Positions 9,531-17,213 of a DNA stretch of 35,857 bases are shown in pieces. Numbering within the stretch: position 1 is the stretch's first letter; each line of letters starts with the position of its first letter. A model generated the notes under the pieces. That model was given only the letters and a program-made list of their open reading frames with translations, was not told the origin of the DNA and did not search any database. The position numbers were made by a program, and so were the translations under genes. Location of the stretch: the UHGV virus genome UHGV-0063910. One strand, 5' to 3'. The DNA is from a virus.

Positions 9531-9875
9531 TCAACCAATCAACTTATTGCGCCCTTTCAGGGCATTACGCCTGGCGCGTTCAATCTTGAGGCATAACGCC
9601 GCATCAGGTTTTTCCGGTGTGGGTACGAGGCAATAGTTTGATGCTCGCGGGATATTGTTAATCCACTCAACAACCTCGCTTAAATACCAAGCCTTACGCC
9701 CTTCCGTAACCTGCACACGCTCAGGGAACTCTCCACGAGCCTCAAGGTTTAGCAGTGTACGGCGACTCAGGGTTGTAAGTTCCATCACCTGATTCATATC
9801 GACAAGACGCTCGCTTAAGCGCATTTTGTCATCGATATCTAATAGCTCTCGTAGCTGACTATCTCTTTCAATCAT
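9531..9875 (-). CDS. AlpA/MerR-type HTH protein next to the cos-like site (regulator or packaging-specificity factor)
   Basis: 114 aa; segment ELTTLSRRTLLNLEARGEFPERVQV...WYLSEVVEWINN fits the AlpA-family HTH pattern. GAGG RBS; last gene of the E-like/D-like operon. Confidence 0.5.
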   Translation of the reverse strand: MIERDSQLRELLDIDDKMRLSERLVDMNQVMELTTLSRRTLLNLEARGEFPERVQVTEGRKAWYLSEVVEWINNIPRASNYCLVPTPEKPDAALCLKIERARRNALKGRNKLIG

Positions 9876-9884
9876 TCTCGTACC

Positions 9885-10226
9885 TCACACACGTGCCAGC
9901 GGCTGAACAGAAATACCTGAGCCAACAAACGCAGCAACTTTTGCTGATAGTTGTGTTACAGACTCAGGCCAGTTCAGAGCATCAACATTTAAGACGCCGG
10001 TTTTATAAACCTGAGCCTGCGTTTTTGTCGCTGTATCGATTTGTACAGCGGAAACATAAACAGCTTTGCCTGCGCTCGTTCCATCCCATACCACCAGTGC
10101 ACCAGTTGCATCTTCTTGCATCAGTGGCGTAAATGCAGGAATTACCCCTTTATTAGCTGAAAATATCCCCAACGTAGTAACCAGTGCTTCAGTGCCAGCC
10201 ATGAGTTCAGTGTAATGAGTAGCCAT
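9885..10226 (-). CDS. Head decoration protein, lambda gpD-like (island-encoded)
   Basis: 113 aa; aligns with lambda D over TPLM...LVVWDGT..GKAV...YKTG....LNWPE.....AFVGSGIS. AAGGGGGAG RBS; immediately downstream of the E-like gene. Confidence 0.75.
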   Translation of the reverse strand: MATHYTELMAGTEALVTTLGIFSANKGVIPAFTPLMQEDATGALVVWDGTSAGKAVYVSAVQIDTATKTQAQVYKTGVLNVDALNWPESVTQLSAKVAAFVGSGISVQPLARV

Positions 10227-10235
10227 TGCTCCCCC

Positions 10236-11276
10236 TTAACCAATGCGAACGGTAACAAAACGATTGATGCGGGCCGGTATTGGCTGTGGTGCAGAGTGCG
10301 TTTGTACGTACTCAATAGCCGGATCTCCAGGCACAATGTAGTTTTTCGGTGCGAGTTCGGCTTTAGTCAGCCCCATTCGGATTAGCTCCGGATCCTGAAT
10401 GCCACCGTATGCAACGATGCCCTGAAGTGATGTATTGCCAAGAACCATCAAATCAGGATCAAGGAAATATTTTTCTGTTCCGTCCTCGTCGGTATAACGT
10501 CCGCTATACACAACAATAGCCACATCGCCTACGTAACCCTTAAAACTGACGGAATCCCCAAGATTTTTCAGGGCCGTTTCAAGAACGGAATTAGATCCCC
10601 GTCGAGTATCAAGGCAATCTTTTACTGCTTTAAAGGCGCGGTATTTTTTCCATACGTTGCGTCCCATTACGATGATATTTGTAGTCCCTTCGCTGATTTC
10701 TGCGTACTCTTCGATGTCATCATTTGGATCAAATGTTGATAAATCTCTACCGCTCCACTCCGTGCCGCCGGACTGCGTGATAATATTTTGTGGTTTTATA
10801 TTCCAGTCCAGTTCATAACGTTCAATGCCATCGCCCTCAATGATATTTTTCCCCGTTGTGATTGCCTGAACAGCAAGCCATTCAATACGTGCGCGAATGG
10901 CCTGCGCTTGTCTTACCATCGCTCGCTTTATTTTGAAATTGCGTGATGAATATGCATTGAATTGTTCCGGTGATACGCCTGGTTGACGAACGGCTATTTT
11001 ATTTGGGTCTATACTACTTTTTGGCTTCATGTAGCCAGGGCGAATTACTTTTGATTCGTAGCCTTCATCGCGTGATACTTTACTACCAACCATAGGGGAA
11101 CAAAATGCAGCCATCGGGATGTCTGGATCGTCAATAATATCAAGCGCAATATCCCGCGTCTCAAATGTAACGACTCGCTTAAAAAACAGGTTTATAAATA
11201 AAGAGTTAATCTGCCATTGAATATCTTCGGCATTAACAGTCTGTATTAACTCCGCTGGCGAATATAAACCACTCAT
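10236..11276 (-). CDS. Major capsid protein, lambda gpE-like, full length (island-encoded second copy)
   Basis: 346 aa. Conserved blocks ITQSGGTEWS, DTRRGS, GDVAIVVYSG, YG.IQD shared with lambda E and the split prophage E. Divergent from the prophage copy (roughly half of positions differ by eye). Confidence 0.85.
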   Translation of the reverse strand: MSGLYSPAELIQTVNAEDIQWQINSLFINLFFKRVVTFETRDIALDIIDDPDIPMAAFCSPMVGSKVSRDEGYESKVIRPGYMKPKSSIDPNKIAVRQPGVSPEQFNAYSSRNFKIKRAMVRQAQAIRARIEWLAVQAITTGKNIIEGDGIERYELDWNIKPQNIITQSGGTEWSGRDLSTFDPNDDIEEYAEISEGTTNIIVMGRNVWKKYRAFKAVKDCLDTRRGSNSVLETALKNLGDSVSFKGYVGDVAIVVYSGRYTDEDGTEKYFLDPDLMVLGNTSLQGIVAYGGIQDPELIRMGLTKAELAPKNYIVPGDPAIEYVQTHSAPQPIPARINRFVTVRIG

Positions 11277-11461
11277 ATAACCTCTTAATACTTAGTAAAA
11301 GTGTCGTATTAATTTTATCATCTGCCTTGATCGGCATCTTTATGCATTGCTATGCAATATTGTGCAAAGTTTCAATCTTCGTTTATTTATCCGGCGTTAC
11401 GTGTCATTCTGTACAGCGTTACAAGTTCAAAGACATAAATTATTCTCTTTGGTGATGAAAG

Positions 11462-11487
11462 GGTCGGAATATTCCGGCCTTTTTTTT
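11462..11487 (+). terminator. Intrinsic terminator on the plus strand (hairpin + T8)
   Basis: ggtcggaatattccggcc palindrome followed by tttttttt. No plus-strand ORF upstream, so it may end an unannotated small or antisense RNA. Confidence 0.5.
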
Positions 11488-11510
11488 GCGTGGTGTGACG
11501 GACTCAACTG

Positions 11511-11532
11511 ATAAAAGCCGGATTTCTCCGGC
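11511..11532 (-). terminator. Intrinsic terminator for the island replication operon (minus strand)
   Basis: On the minus strand gccggagaaatccggc followed by ttttat, immediately after the ssb-like stop. Confidence 0.5.
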
Positions 11533-11540
11533 CTGTGCGT

Positions 11541-11947
11541 TCAGAATGGAATATTGTCACCGTAGAGATCATCCCCTCCCGCTGGTGGTGTGTTGCCCTG
11601 TGTGCCTGTGGTTTTACGTCTGTTCCCGCCAGGTCGCACCGTTCGCGCACTGATTACGCTGTCTGCGATAACCTGCCAGCGCTGCCGCGTTTCACCGTTC
11701 TGTCCAGTCCACTGGCTCACCTGCATGTTACCCGCCACGCTCAGGAGTTCGCCTTTGTGATGCTTTGCCAGCGTGTCGGCTTGTCTGCCAAACGCCAGGA
11801 CAGATAACCACATCGTCGCCTGACCGTCATCCGACTGCAGGGCAGTGATACCGCCATACGCGCCAGCGTCATGGGGATGCCCTTGCTGGTCTGTTTTGTC
11901 TGCGGGTCGTCCACCAACCTCCCGTAAACTGATATTTGCGCCGTCAT
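11541..11947 (-). pseudogene. ssb: ssb-like gene split over two reading frames (frameshift near 11838..11850)
   Basis: The 11947 frame gives an SSB-like N-terminus (ISVYGRLVDDPQTKQ...). A different frame gives the OB-fold C-half (WLSVLAFG...KGELLSV...WTGQNGETR) and an acidic tail ending DNIPF. Confidence 0.55.
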
Positions 11948-12201
11948 GCTGCCTGCTCTCCGGACTTAATATTGATGGTTGTCACTTCCTCCGCTTCAGC
12001 AATCTCCCGTTCGGTCAGAGTGGCAAAGTTTGCAGCCGCCGTTGTCATGAATGCGCTAATCAGTTCGGGATGTGCTTTCGCGTATCCTTCACCGGCGTTG
12101 CGATCTATTGCCTTAATCGCCACCCTTAGCCAGTGTTCAGCCATATCAAGGGCGCGGTAATGTGGCTTTATATGTTTGTTCAGTTTTCCTGATGTGTGCA
12201 T
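11944..12201 (-). CDS. Hypothetical protein (85 aa), between the ori and the ssb-like gene
   Basis: ORF whose stop overlaps the ssb-like start; weak RBS. Confidence 0.4.
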   Translation of the reverse strand: MHTSGKLNKHIKPHYRALDMAEHWLRVAIKAIDRNAGEGYAKAHPELISAFMTTAAANFATLTEREIAEAEEVTTINIKSGEQAA

Positions 12202-12246
12202 TTTTATTTTTACCCCCTCGTTTAAAAAGTTTTGAAATGTGGTGCA

Positions 12247-12475
12247 CCTCCTCTACCTCTCTACCTAATCATCTTTCAGGTCAGTAATGGCGCGGCTTTC
12301 AGATGGGTAGAGGGCTTTCGGGGCCCTCTACCCATCCTCTACCCGCCCCTCACAAATGACCTTAATCATGGTGGAGGAGGTAGAGGGCTTTTATTTGCCT
12401 TCTACCTGACCCTCTACCTGCTTATCATATTGAATAATATATATTTATTTTCTTTAGGTAGAGGAGGTAGAGGGC
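12247..12475. repeat. Iteron array (about 9 copies of GGTAGAGG/CCTCTACC, both orientations) flanking an AT-rich stretch: putative island origin of replication
   Basis: Iterons at about 12251-12265, 12306-12313, 12325-12344, 12379-12386, 12399-12420, 12457-12473; AT-rich core 12421-12456; immediately 3' of the primase-helicase gene. Confidence 0.75.
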
Positions 12476-12487
12476 TTTTGTCTAAAA

Positions 12488-14239
12488 TTATAAAAACGCG
12501 TCGCAATCCTCTGTTGTTGTCACATTGGTTTGCGTAAGTCCTTTAACCCTGCGCGTTATATATTCACATCCGTAAACTTTCGCCGCTGGCTTCATGGCCT
12601 TGCTGAAATCAGCCACGTTTAGCGGCTTGCTTCTGCCTGCGTATGCCATAAACGCCAGATAGACGCGGTAAAGGCTGTTTCTGGTCGTGTACTTCACGGA
12701 ATCGCCACCGCCACCCATCATCAGGCCGCGCGCTTCCTCCAGAAAATTCAGAAACTGGCAAAACTCAATAACCGGATCCGTCTGTTGCTTTATCGCCAGT
12801 GCTTCTTCACCGTCGCGCTGTTCAATCAACAAATGTCGCGCCTTTTCTGGATCAGCAAAGTTTGCCAGCAATCTGCGGATAATCACGGGGATTTCAGCCG
12901 CGACCTTCTCCGGTAAATCCTTGTCCTTTTCTGCCTCGCTAACGATATTGTCGAAGCGGAAAATTACGCGACGACGTGACACACCTCCGGCCCGTTCGGT
13001 GAATATCATCGGGTTATTGTTGGTAGCCAGCACCACCGCCCTGATTACCTCCGTAAAACGCTTTTCATATTTCGGGTTTATTTCCACGGGGTCGCCGCCC
13101 GTGATTTTCTTGATGCCCGTGCCTTCGCCTGTATATTTCGGCTGGTCAGCCAGGACGATAAGACGTCTCCCGACAACCTGAGCACGCCCACCAGCATCAT
13201 CAAGCGAAGTCATTTCAGCGCTTACCGTGTTCTGTTTCCCTGCCAGAAGGCTGGCTATGTGCGTGAATGTACTCTTTCCGCTCCCGCCGTCTCCGGTGGC
13301 CTCAATAAACATCTGCCAGTCGTACCGGTTCGCCATAATCATGTACAGCGCGGCACATATACGCATCATCTTGCGCGGGTCTTTTCCGGCTGCGTGATCA
13401 AGCCATTTATGAAAGTTTGGCGCGTTGTCGCGGATGTTCTCCCCTGGTGCTGGTGGCGTGTACTCAATGCCGTTGTGCGTGGTGATCCAGTTCTCCGGCG
13501 AGTGCGGGGAAAATTCCCCCGTTTTCAGGTCAAGCACACCATTGGCGAACGGTAGCAAATCACCGGACGGCTCCCCCATGGGGTCGGCAATAACTTTTAA
13601 CGCCTCCACGGCGTTATTAATTGCACGCTTGCTGAATGTGGCCCTGTGCTCTGAATAGATCGCCACCATTTCGCGGCTCAGCTCCATTGTGCTGACCGGA
13701 CACCATACCCCGCCGCGCCATACGTGGACGATTTCACTTTCTGCATGAACACACACACCATCAAAGCGATCGGCAAGTAGTTGTGCACGTTCACTGTCTG
13801 CCATCTGTGAAAGTTGCGCCTTTTGCTTCGTCGGAAGATTAAGCACCAGACTTTCCCCACGCTCGCATTCCTCTTTGAGTCGCGGCAACTGGTCGGATAA
13901 ATCCACGGGGCTGGTGTCAGTAATCCCCGCGTATTCGTGTACGGTCTTCACTCCAGCCACAGCCAATAACGTAACAATCTGCGTCATGCTGTGCTCTGTG
14001 ATATGTCCTGCGCGGTAAACACGCACACACTGACGATCTTCATCAATGATCCGGTAATCGGTGATATTTTTCAGTTGCTCATCAGCCAGCACGACAGGCG
14101 GCACATCGTCGGCGGCAATATGTTTACCCGCCCATTCCTGCCACTCTTTCGCATGGCTCCACGCATCACTACCTGCAAAGATGATTACCTCTGTCAGTCT
14201 GTCGCGTGGCTGTTTTTTTAAGTTCGGTGCCAGTTTCAT
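12488..14239 (-). CDS. Primase-helicase (D5/P4-alpha-like, SF3 helicase with Walker A)
   Basis: 583 aa; Walker A motif GDGGSGKST in the C-terminal half; location between regulatory genes and ori typical of satellite replication modules. Confidence 0.8.
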   Translation of the reverse strand: MKLAPNLKKQPRDRLTEVIIFAGSDAWSHAKEWQEWAGKHIAADDVPPVVLADEQLKNITDYRIIDEDRQCVRVYRAGHITEHSMTQIVTLLAVAGVKTVHEYAGITDTSPVDLSDQLPRLKEECERGESLVLNLPTKQKAQLSQMADSERAQLLADRFDGVCVHAESEIVHVWRGGVWCPVSTMELSREMVAIYSEHRATFSKRAINNAVEALKVIADPMGEPSGDLLPFANGVLDLKTGEFSPHSPENWITTHNGIEYTPPAPGENIRDNAPNFHKWLDHAAGKDPRKMMRICAALYMIMANRYDWQMFIEATGDGGSGKSTFTHIASLLAGKQNTVSAEMTSLDDAGGRAQVVGRRLIVLADQPKYTGEGTGIKKITGGDPVEINPKYEKRFTEVIRAVVLATNNNPMIFTERAGGVSRRRVIFRFDNIVSEAEKDKDLPEKVAAEIPVIIRRLLANFADPEKARHLLIEQRDGEEALAIKQQTDPVIEFCQFLNFLEEARGLMMGGGGDSVKYTTRNSLYRVYLAFMAYAGRSKPLNVADFSKAMKPAAKVYGCEYITRRVKGLTQTNVTTTEDCDAFL

Positions 14240-14535
14240 TTTTTGCCCCTGAATGCGTTAATCATGCTTTTCATTTTCTGGATGTTTCCCCGCGCTTTTT
14301 CCCTGCTGATGGGGTTACTGCGGGGTGCGGCATATACCAGGGAAAAATCACGCCGGAACTGATAAACAGGCATCACGCAGTCATAGCTATACCCCTCACG
14401 GCGGTAAGTGATGCGCCGTTCTGCCACGCCTTTAATCGTTACCGTGCCGCCGTATTTATCGCGGTAAATATCGCCGTTCATAAATTCAGGCCGAGCGGGG
14501 CCGCTGGCAATAAAGCCAGAATTTTTCATTTCCAT
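14236..14535 (-). CDS. Hypothetical protein (99 aa), translationally coupled to primase
   Basis: Stop overlaps the primase ATG (ATGA). Confidence 0.5.
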   Translation of the reverse strand: MEMKNSGFIASGPARPEFMNGDIYRDKYGGTVTIKGVAERRITYRREGYSYDCVMPVYQFRRDFSLVYAAPRSNPISREKARGNIQKMKSMINAFRGKK

Positions 14536-14552
14536 ATTATTTATTCCTCGAC

Positions 14553-14774
14553 TTAACTCGACTTATTTGATAGCAGGGCACTATTTATTGCGTCATTGAG
14601 TTTTTCTGCTGCTTCATCAATAAGTGACAACAGGCCATAAGCAATATTTGCATCTTCATTGTCATTTATGCAATCAAGCCACATATTTAATATTGCTTTT
14701 GCTGAATTATTTAAAGTTAATGAACTTTCTGCACATGCTAACAATTTAAAAAAGACTTCCCGTTCTGTATTCAT
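14553..14774 (-). CDS. Hypothetical small protein (73 aa)
   Basis: ORF in the tightly packed minus-strand operon; AT-rich codons. Confidence 0.4.
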   Translation of the reverse strand: MNTEREVFFKLLACAESSLTLNNSAKAILNMWLDCINDNEDANIAYGLLSLIDEAAEKLNDAINSALLSNKSS

Positions 14775-14966
14775 TTAATCCCCCACCAGCTTACTTTCTT
14801 CCTCAATCAAAAAACTAGCGACACTTCCCGAAAGACGCGCCAGTAGGCTCGCCAGTGCGGATATATCAGCATCTGTAATTTTGTTCGGGTATACCTCAAG
14901 AAGGCGGCAAATAATTTCTGTCTGGTGCGCACGTTCAGCGGCTTCGTGTAATGTAATTTCCTGCAT
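14775..14966 (-). CDS. Hypothetical small protein (63 aa)
   Basis: Abuts neighbouring ORFs in the same operon. Confidence 0.4.
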   Translation of the reverse strand: MQEITLHEAAERAHQTEIICRLLEVYPNKITDADISALASLLARLSGSVASFLIEEESKLVGD

Positions 14967-15151
14967 TAATGCACCTCTTTTAATTCATACACTGCTGAAA
15001 TAATGACTTGTGATAAGCCATATTCTGATGATTCGCTTCTCACCGCAGCAATAGCCGTCTGAACATTAACAGCCTTCACGTTCTGAGCGATACCAATTGT
15101 GTGGCCTAGTGGGTTAACCGCACGAGCAAATACACGGAAGGTTTTAAGCAC
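14966..15151 (-). CDS. Hypothetical small protein (61 aa)
   Basis: Abuts neighbouring ORFs in the same operon. Confidence 0.4.
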   Translation of the reverse strand: MLKTFRVFARAVNPLGHTIGIAQNVKAVNVQTAIAAVRSESSEYGLSQVIISAVYELKEVH

Positions 15152-15508
15152 GGCATACCTCCTGACGAATACGGGCGGCGAATATCATCACGCAGCCAGT
15201 TGGGGATTGTTGGCGGGCTTCCTGTTCGCTGGTGGCCTCGATGTGTATTACGCGTGGTTGTGCGGTGCTCAGGGCGATAAAACGCCAGATGAAATTGTTT
15301 TCGCATTTCTGAATAAACAGCGTGTTTTCTTCACGCCCTTTCCAGAAAGCCGCAGTATAGCCCATCTCCTTAACCATCTTGCGGGCATCAACCAGCGTGT
15401 CAGCGGCAACATGTACCGTAGTTGCTCCATCTGCCATGCGGTCGTGGTGTAGTGCCAGAAAGGTGTATATAAATTTAGGGTGAGTTTGGGTATGCTGTGT
15501 TCCAGCCA
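15144..15508 (-). CDS. Hypothetical protein (121 aa), first gene of the island early operon
   Basis: ATG at 15506-15508 with GAGG RBS. The track ORF upstream of this ATG (to 16058) is antisense to the regulator gene and Ser/Arg-rich, so treated as spurious. Confidence 0.5.
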
Positions 15509-15595
15509 TAATCGTTACCTCGTTTAACGGTTTGGTTAGAAGCCCGGTTAGTGTTCGCGCACTGCCGGGTTTCGTCGTTTTTATGAATCGATCAT

Positions 15596-15699
15596 TGTGA
15601 GATACATAGCGACCATAATGTGAGATATACATTATATTGTGGTGATATACATTGCAAGTGTTTTTATATCTCACTTTTGTGTATAGTGATATACACATA
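15596..15699. promoter_or_regulatory. Divergent control region with 5 copies of a GTGA(G/T)ATA(T)ACA(T) operator-like repeat
   Basis: Copies at about 15596-15608, 15619-15632, 15640-15651, 15665-15674 (inverted), 15687-15699, between the minus-strand operon start and the plus-strand regulator. Confidence 0.55.
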
Positions 15700-15717
15700 A
15701 CAAATTGGTGATTAACT

Positions 15718-16020
15718 ATGTCTGTATACAAAAATGCAAAATCGCAAATGACAACGATCAGGGTTCCCCACGATGTTATGGAGGGCATGGAATCCGTAAA
15801 ACTGGACGGCGAAAGCAACGCCGGATTCATAGTAACCGCCATGCGCGGTGAGATCGCCCGCCGCCAGGCAGAAGGAAGCGGAGAAAATCCCCTCGTGTCT
15901 TCACTGGATGCCTTAGCTAAGGTCGAACAAATCGGCATCAAGGCAGCGGAGGAAATCGGGCAACTCGTAGCCGTCGCTCGTGAAGAACTCCAGCGGCGTA
16001 AAGCCAAAGAATCTGAATAA
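15718..16020 (+). CDS. Putative ribbon-helix-helix-like DNA-binding regulator (candidate island repressor)
   Basis: 100 aa; N-terminus QMTTIRVPHDVMEGMESVKLDGESNAGFIVTAMRGEIARRQ fits a strand-helix-helix layout; immediately downstream of the operator repeats. Confidence 0.4.
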   Translation: MSVYKNAKSQMTTIRVPHDVMEGMESVKLDGESNAGFIVTAMRGEIARRQAEGSGENPLVSSLDALAKVEQIGIKAAEEIGQLVAVAREELQRRKAKESE

Positions 16021-16370
16021 TTAGTATCAGCGCCGTGATGTGAGTAACTACGGCGCATTGCTATGTAAATACTGGCAATAAACAGAAAAGGTAGTTCTAC
16101 TCCGAATAATTTTATCTGACACTACTCCTGAACTAACATGCGCTTATCTTACAGGATATAAATATAAATCCATAAAATCACGATTAAATAAAGTCGCTCC
16201 AAACATAAACCACACCCAACGCTTAACAAGATAGCAACAAACAGGTAAATAACTTGCAGAAATATTTATCGCAAGGATTATCATTATTAATGACAAATCA
16301 CTTTACCAAGTCATTCCCCTCTCTTATCATAAAGAGAAAGTAATAAATAAGTTAAGGGAGTTAGAATGCT

Positions 16371-16907
16371 ATGAATCTAAAAAAAATAGCCACAAACACA
16401 AAAAACAAGATAACAGAAACATTTAATAAACTTATATTGGAGGCATCTAAAACCCCCACGCAAGATGAAATTAAAATACTTGAGAGAAGGAGTAAGAAGT
16501 TTAATTACTCCTTTTTCTCATACGCAGTCACAGGAGCTATAATAGTTTTTTGCTCTCAACCATTAATTAAATACGCAAACCCAATACTTATTTTATTGAG
16601 TGGTCTGTTACTGTCTATCATCATTATCATTCTCAGAATGATTTATATTTCACAAGCGAATGCATCATGGACAACCAAAAAACGCTCACATGTACTAGTT
16701 CATTTTCTTTCTGCATGTTTCATAGCATCAACATTGACGTTGCTATATCAGGCTTACGATAATAACATCACACACAAATTGTACTGTAAAAATATACAAC
16801 AACTTATTGAAAAAAGGATAGAAATAGAAAAAAACATCAGCATATTCAGTGGGATGCAATGCACCCCGGTATATGATTACTCTTTATTTGGATTTAATCT
16901 CTTATAA
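16371..16907 (+). CDS. Small membrane protein (about 3 TM helices), AT-rich cargo
   Basis: 178 aa; hydrophobic stretches FFSYAVTGAIIVFCSQPLI, ILILLSGLLLSIIIIILRMIYI, VLVHFLSACFIASTLTLLY; Lys/Asn/Ile-rich; preceded by GGGAG. Confidence 0.5.
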   Translation: MNLKKIATNTKNKITETFNKLILEASKTPTQDEIKILERRSKKFNYSFFSYAVTGAIIVFCSQPLIKYANPILILLSGLLLSIIIIILRMIYISQANASWTTKKRSHVLVHFLSACFIASTLTLLYQAYDNNITHKLYCKNIQQLIEKRIEIEKNISIFSGMQCTPVYDYSLFGFNLL

Positions 16908-16927
16908 AGAATGTTATTACTGATTTG

Positions 16928-16961
16928 AGTACAAATTCTCAAATCAGTAATTCATAATATT
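16928..16961. terminator. Bidirectional terminator hairpin (13-bp stem) between the membrane-protein gene and alpA
   Basis: ttactgatttgag ... ctcaaatcagtaa inverted repeat with an 8-nt loop and T-rich flanks on both sides. Confidence 0.55.
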
Positions 16962-16976
16962 TTATTCTGAGATAAT

Positions 16977-17213
16977 TTAAACTACCCACTCACCTCGAAT
17001 CCATGCCTGCACTTCTGAAAGACGATATGCAACAGCAGTGGAACCAATCTTGATCCGCTTAGGAAATTTTCCTTCCTTCTCCAGCTTCCAGCGTGTGCTG
17101 TTCGCAAGAGTGGTTAGCTCCCGACATTCTTTCTCACGGATCATTCGGTCAATGTTAGGAATGTACTCCAGACCCTTTTTATCAACAATTGCCATTTTTT
17201 TCATGTTAACCAA
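16977..17213 (-). CDS. alpA: AlpA-family HTH regulator / excisionase-like protein
   Basis: 78 aa; ELTTLANSTRWKLEKEGKFPKRIKIGSTAVAYRLSEVQAWI matches the AlpA pattern; directly downstream of int, overlapping it by 8 nt. Confidence 0.7.
   Translation of the reverse strand: MVNMKKMAIVDKKGLEYIPNIDRMIREKECRELTTLANSTRWKLEKEGKFPKRIKIGSTAVAYRLSEVQAWIRGEWVV

Noticed and set aside
9334-9534. 66-aa minus-strand ORF overlapping the island cos-like site
   Set aside because: Lies entirely within the cos homology (the lambda equivalent is non-coding), has no RBS and a low-complexity product.
10236-11276. Island E-like gene as a simple tandem duplication or misassembly of the prophage E
   Set aside because: The two E copies differ at a large fraction of positions throughout and have different neighbours (island D-like vs prophage D); the island copy is full length while the prophage copy is the split one. 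This fits a distinct homolog, not a recent duplicate or a collapsed repeat.
12247-12475. Possible CRISPR array (short repeated motif)
   Set aside because: Repeats are 8-bp, occur in both orientations with irregular spacing and no uniform spacers; the pattern is that of replication iterons, not a CRISPR array.
12232-12537. 101-aa plus-strand ORF covering the iteron region
   Set aside because: Its Gly/Leu-rich translation is a by-product of the GGTAGAGG repeats; it has no RBS and sits in the predicted replication origin.
15509-16058. Upstream extension of the 304-aa minus-strand track ORF 15144..16058
   Set aside because: Upstream of the ATG at 15508 the ORF is Ser/Arg/Ala-rich low-complexity sequence, antisense to the plus-strand regulator gene and running through the operator repeats. 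Only the 3' 121 codons, with their own RBS, look like a real gene.
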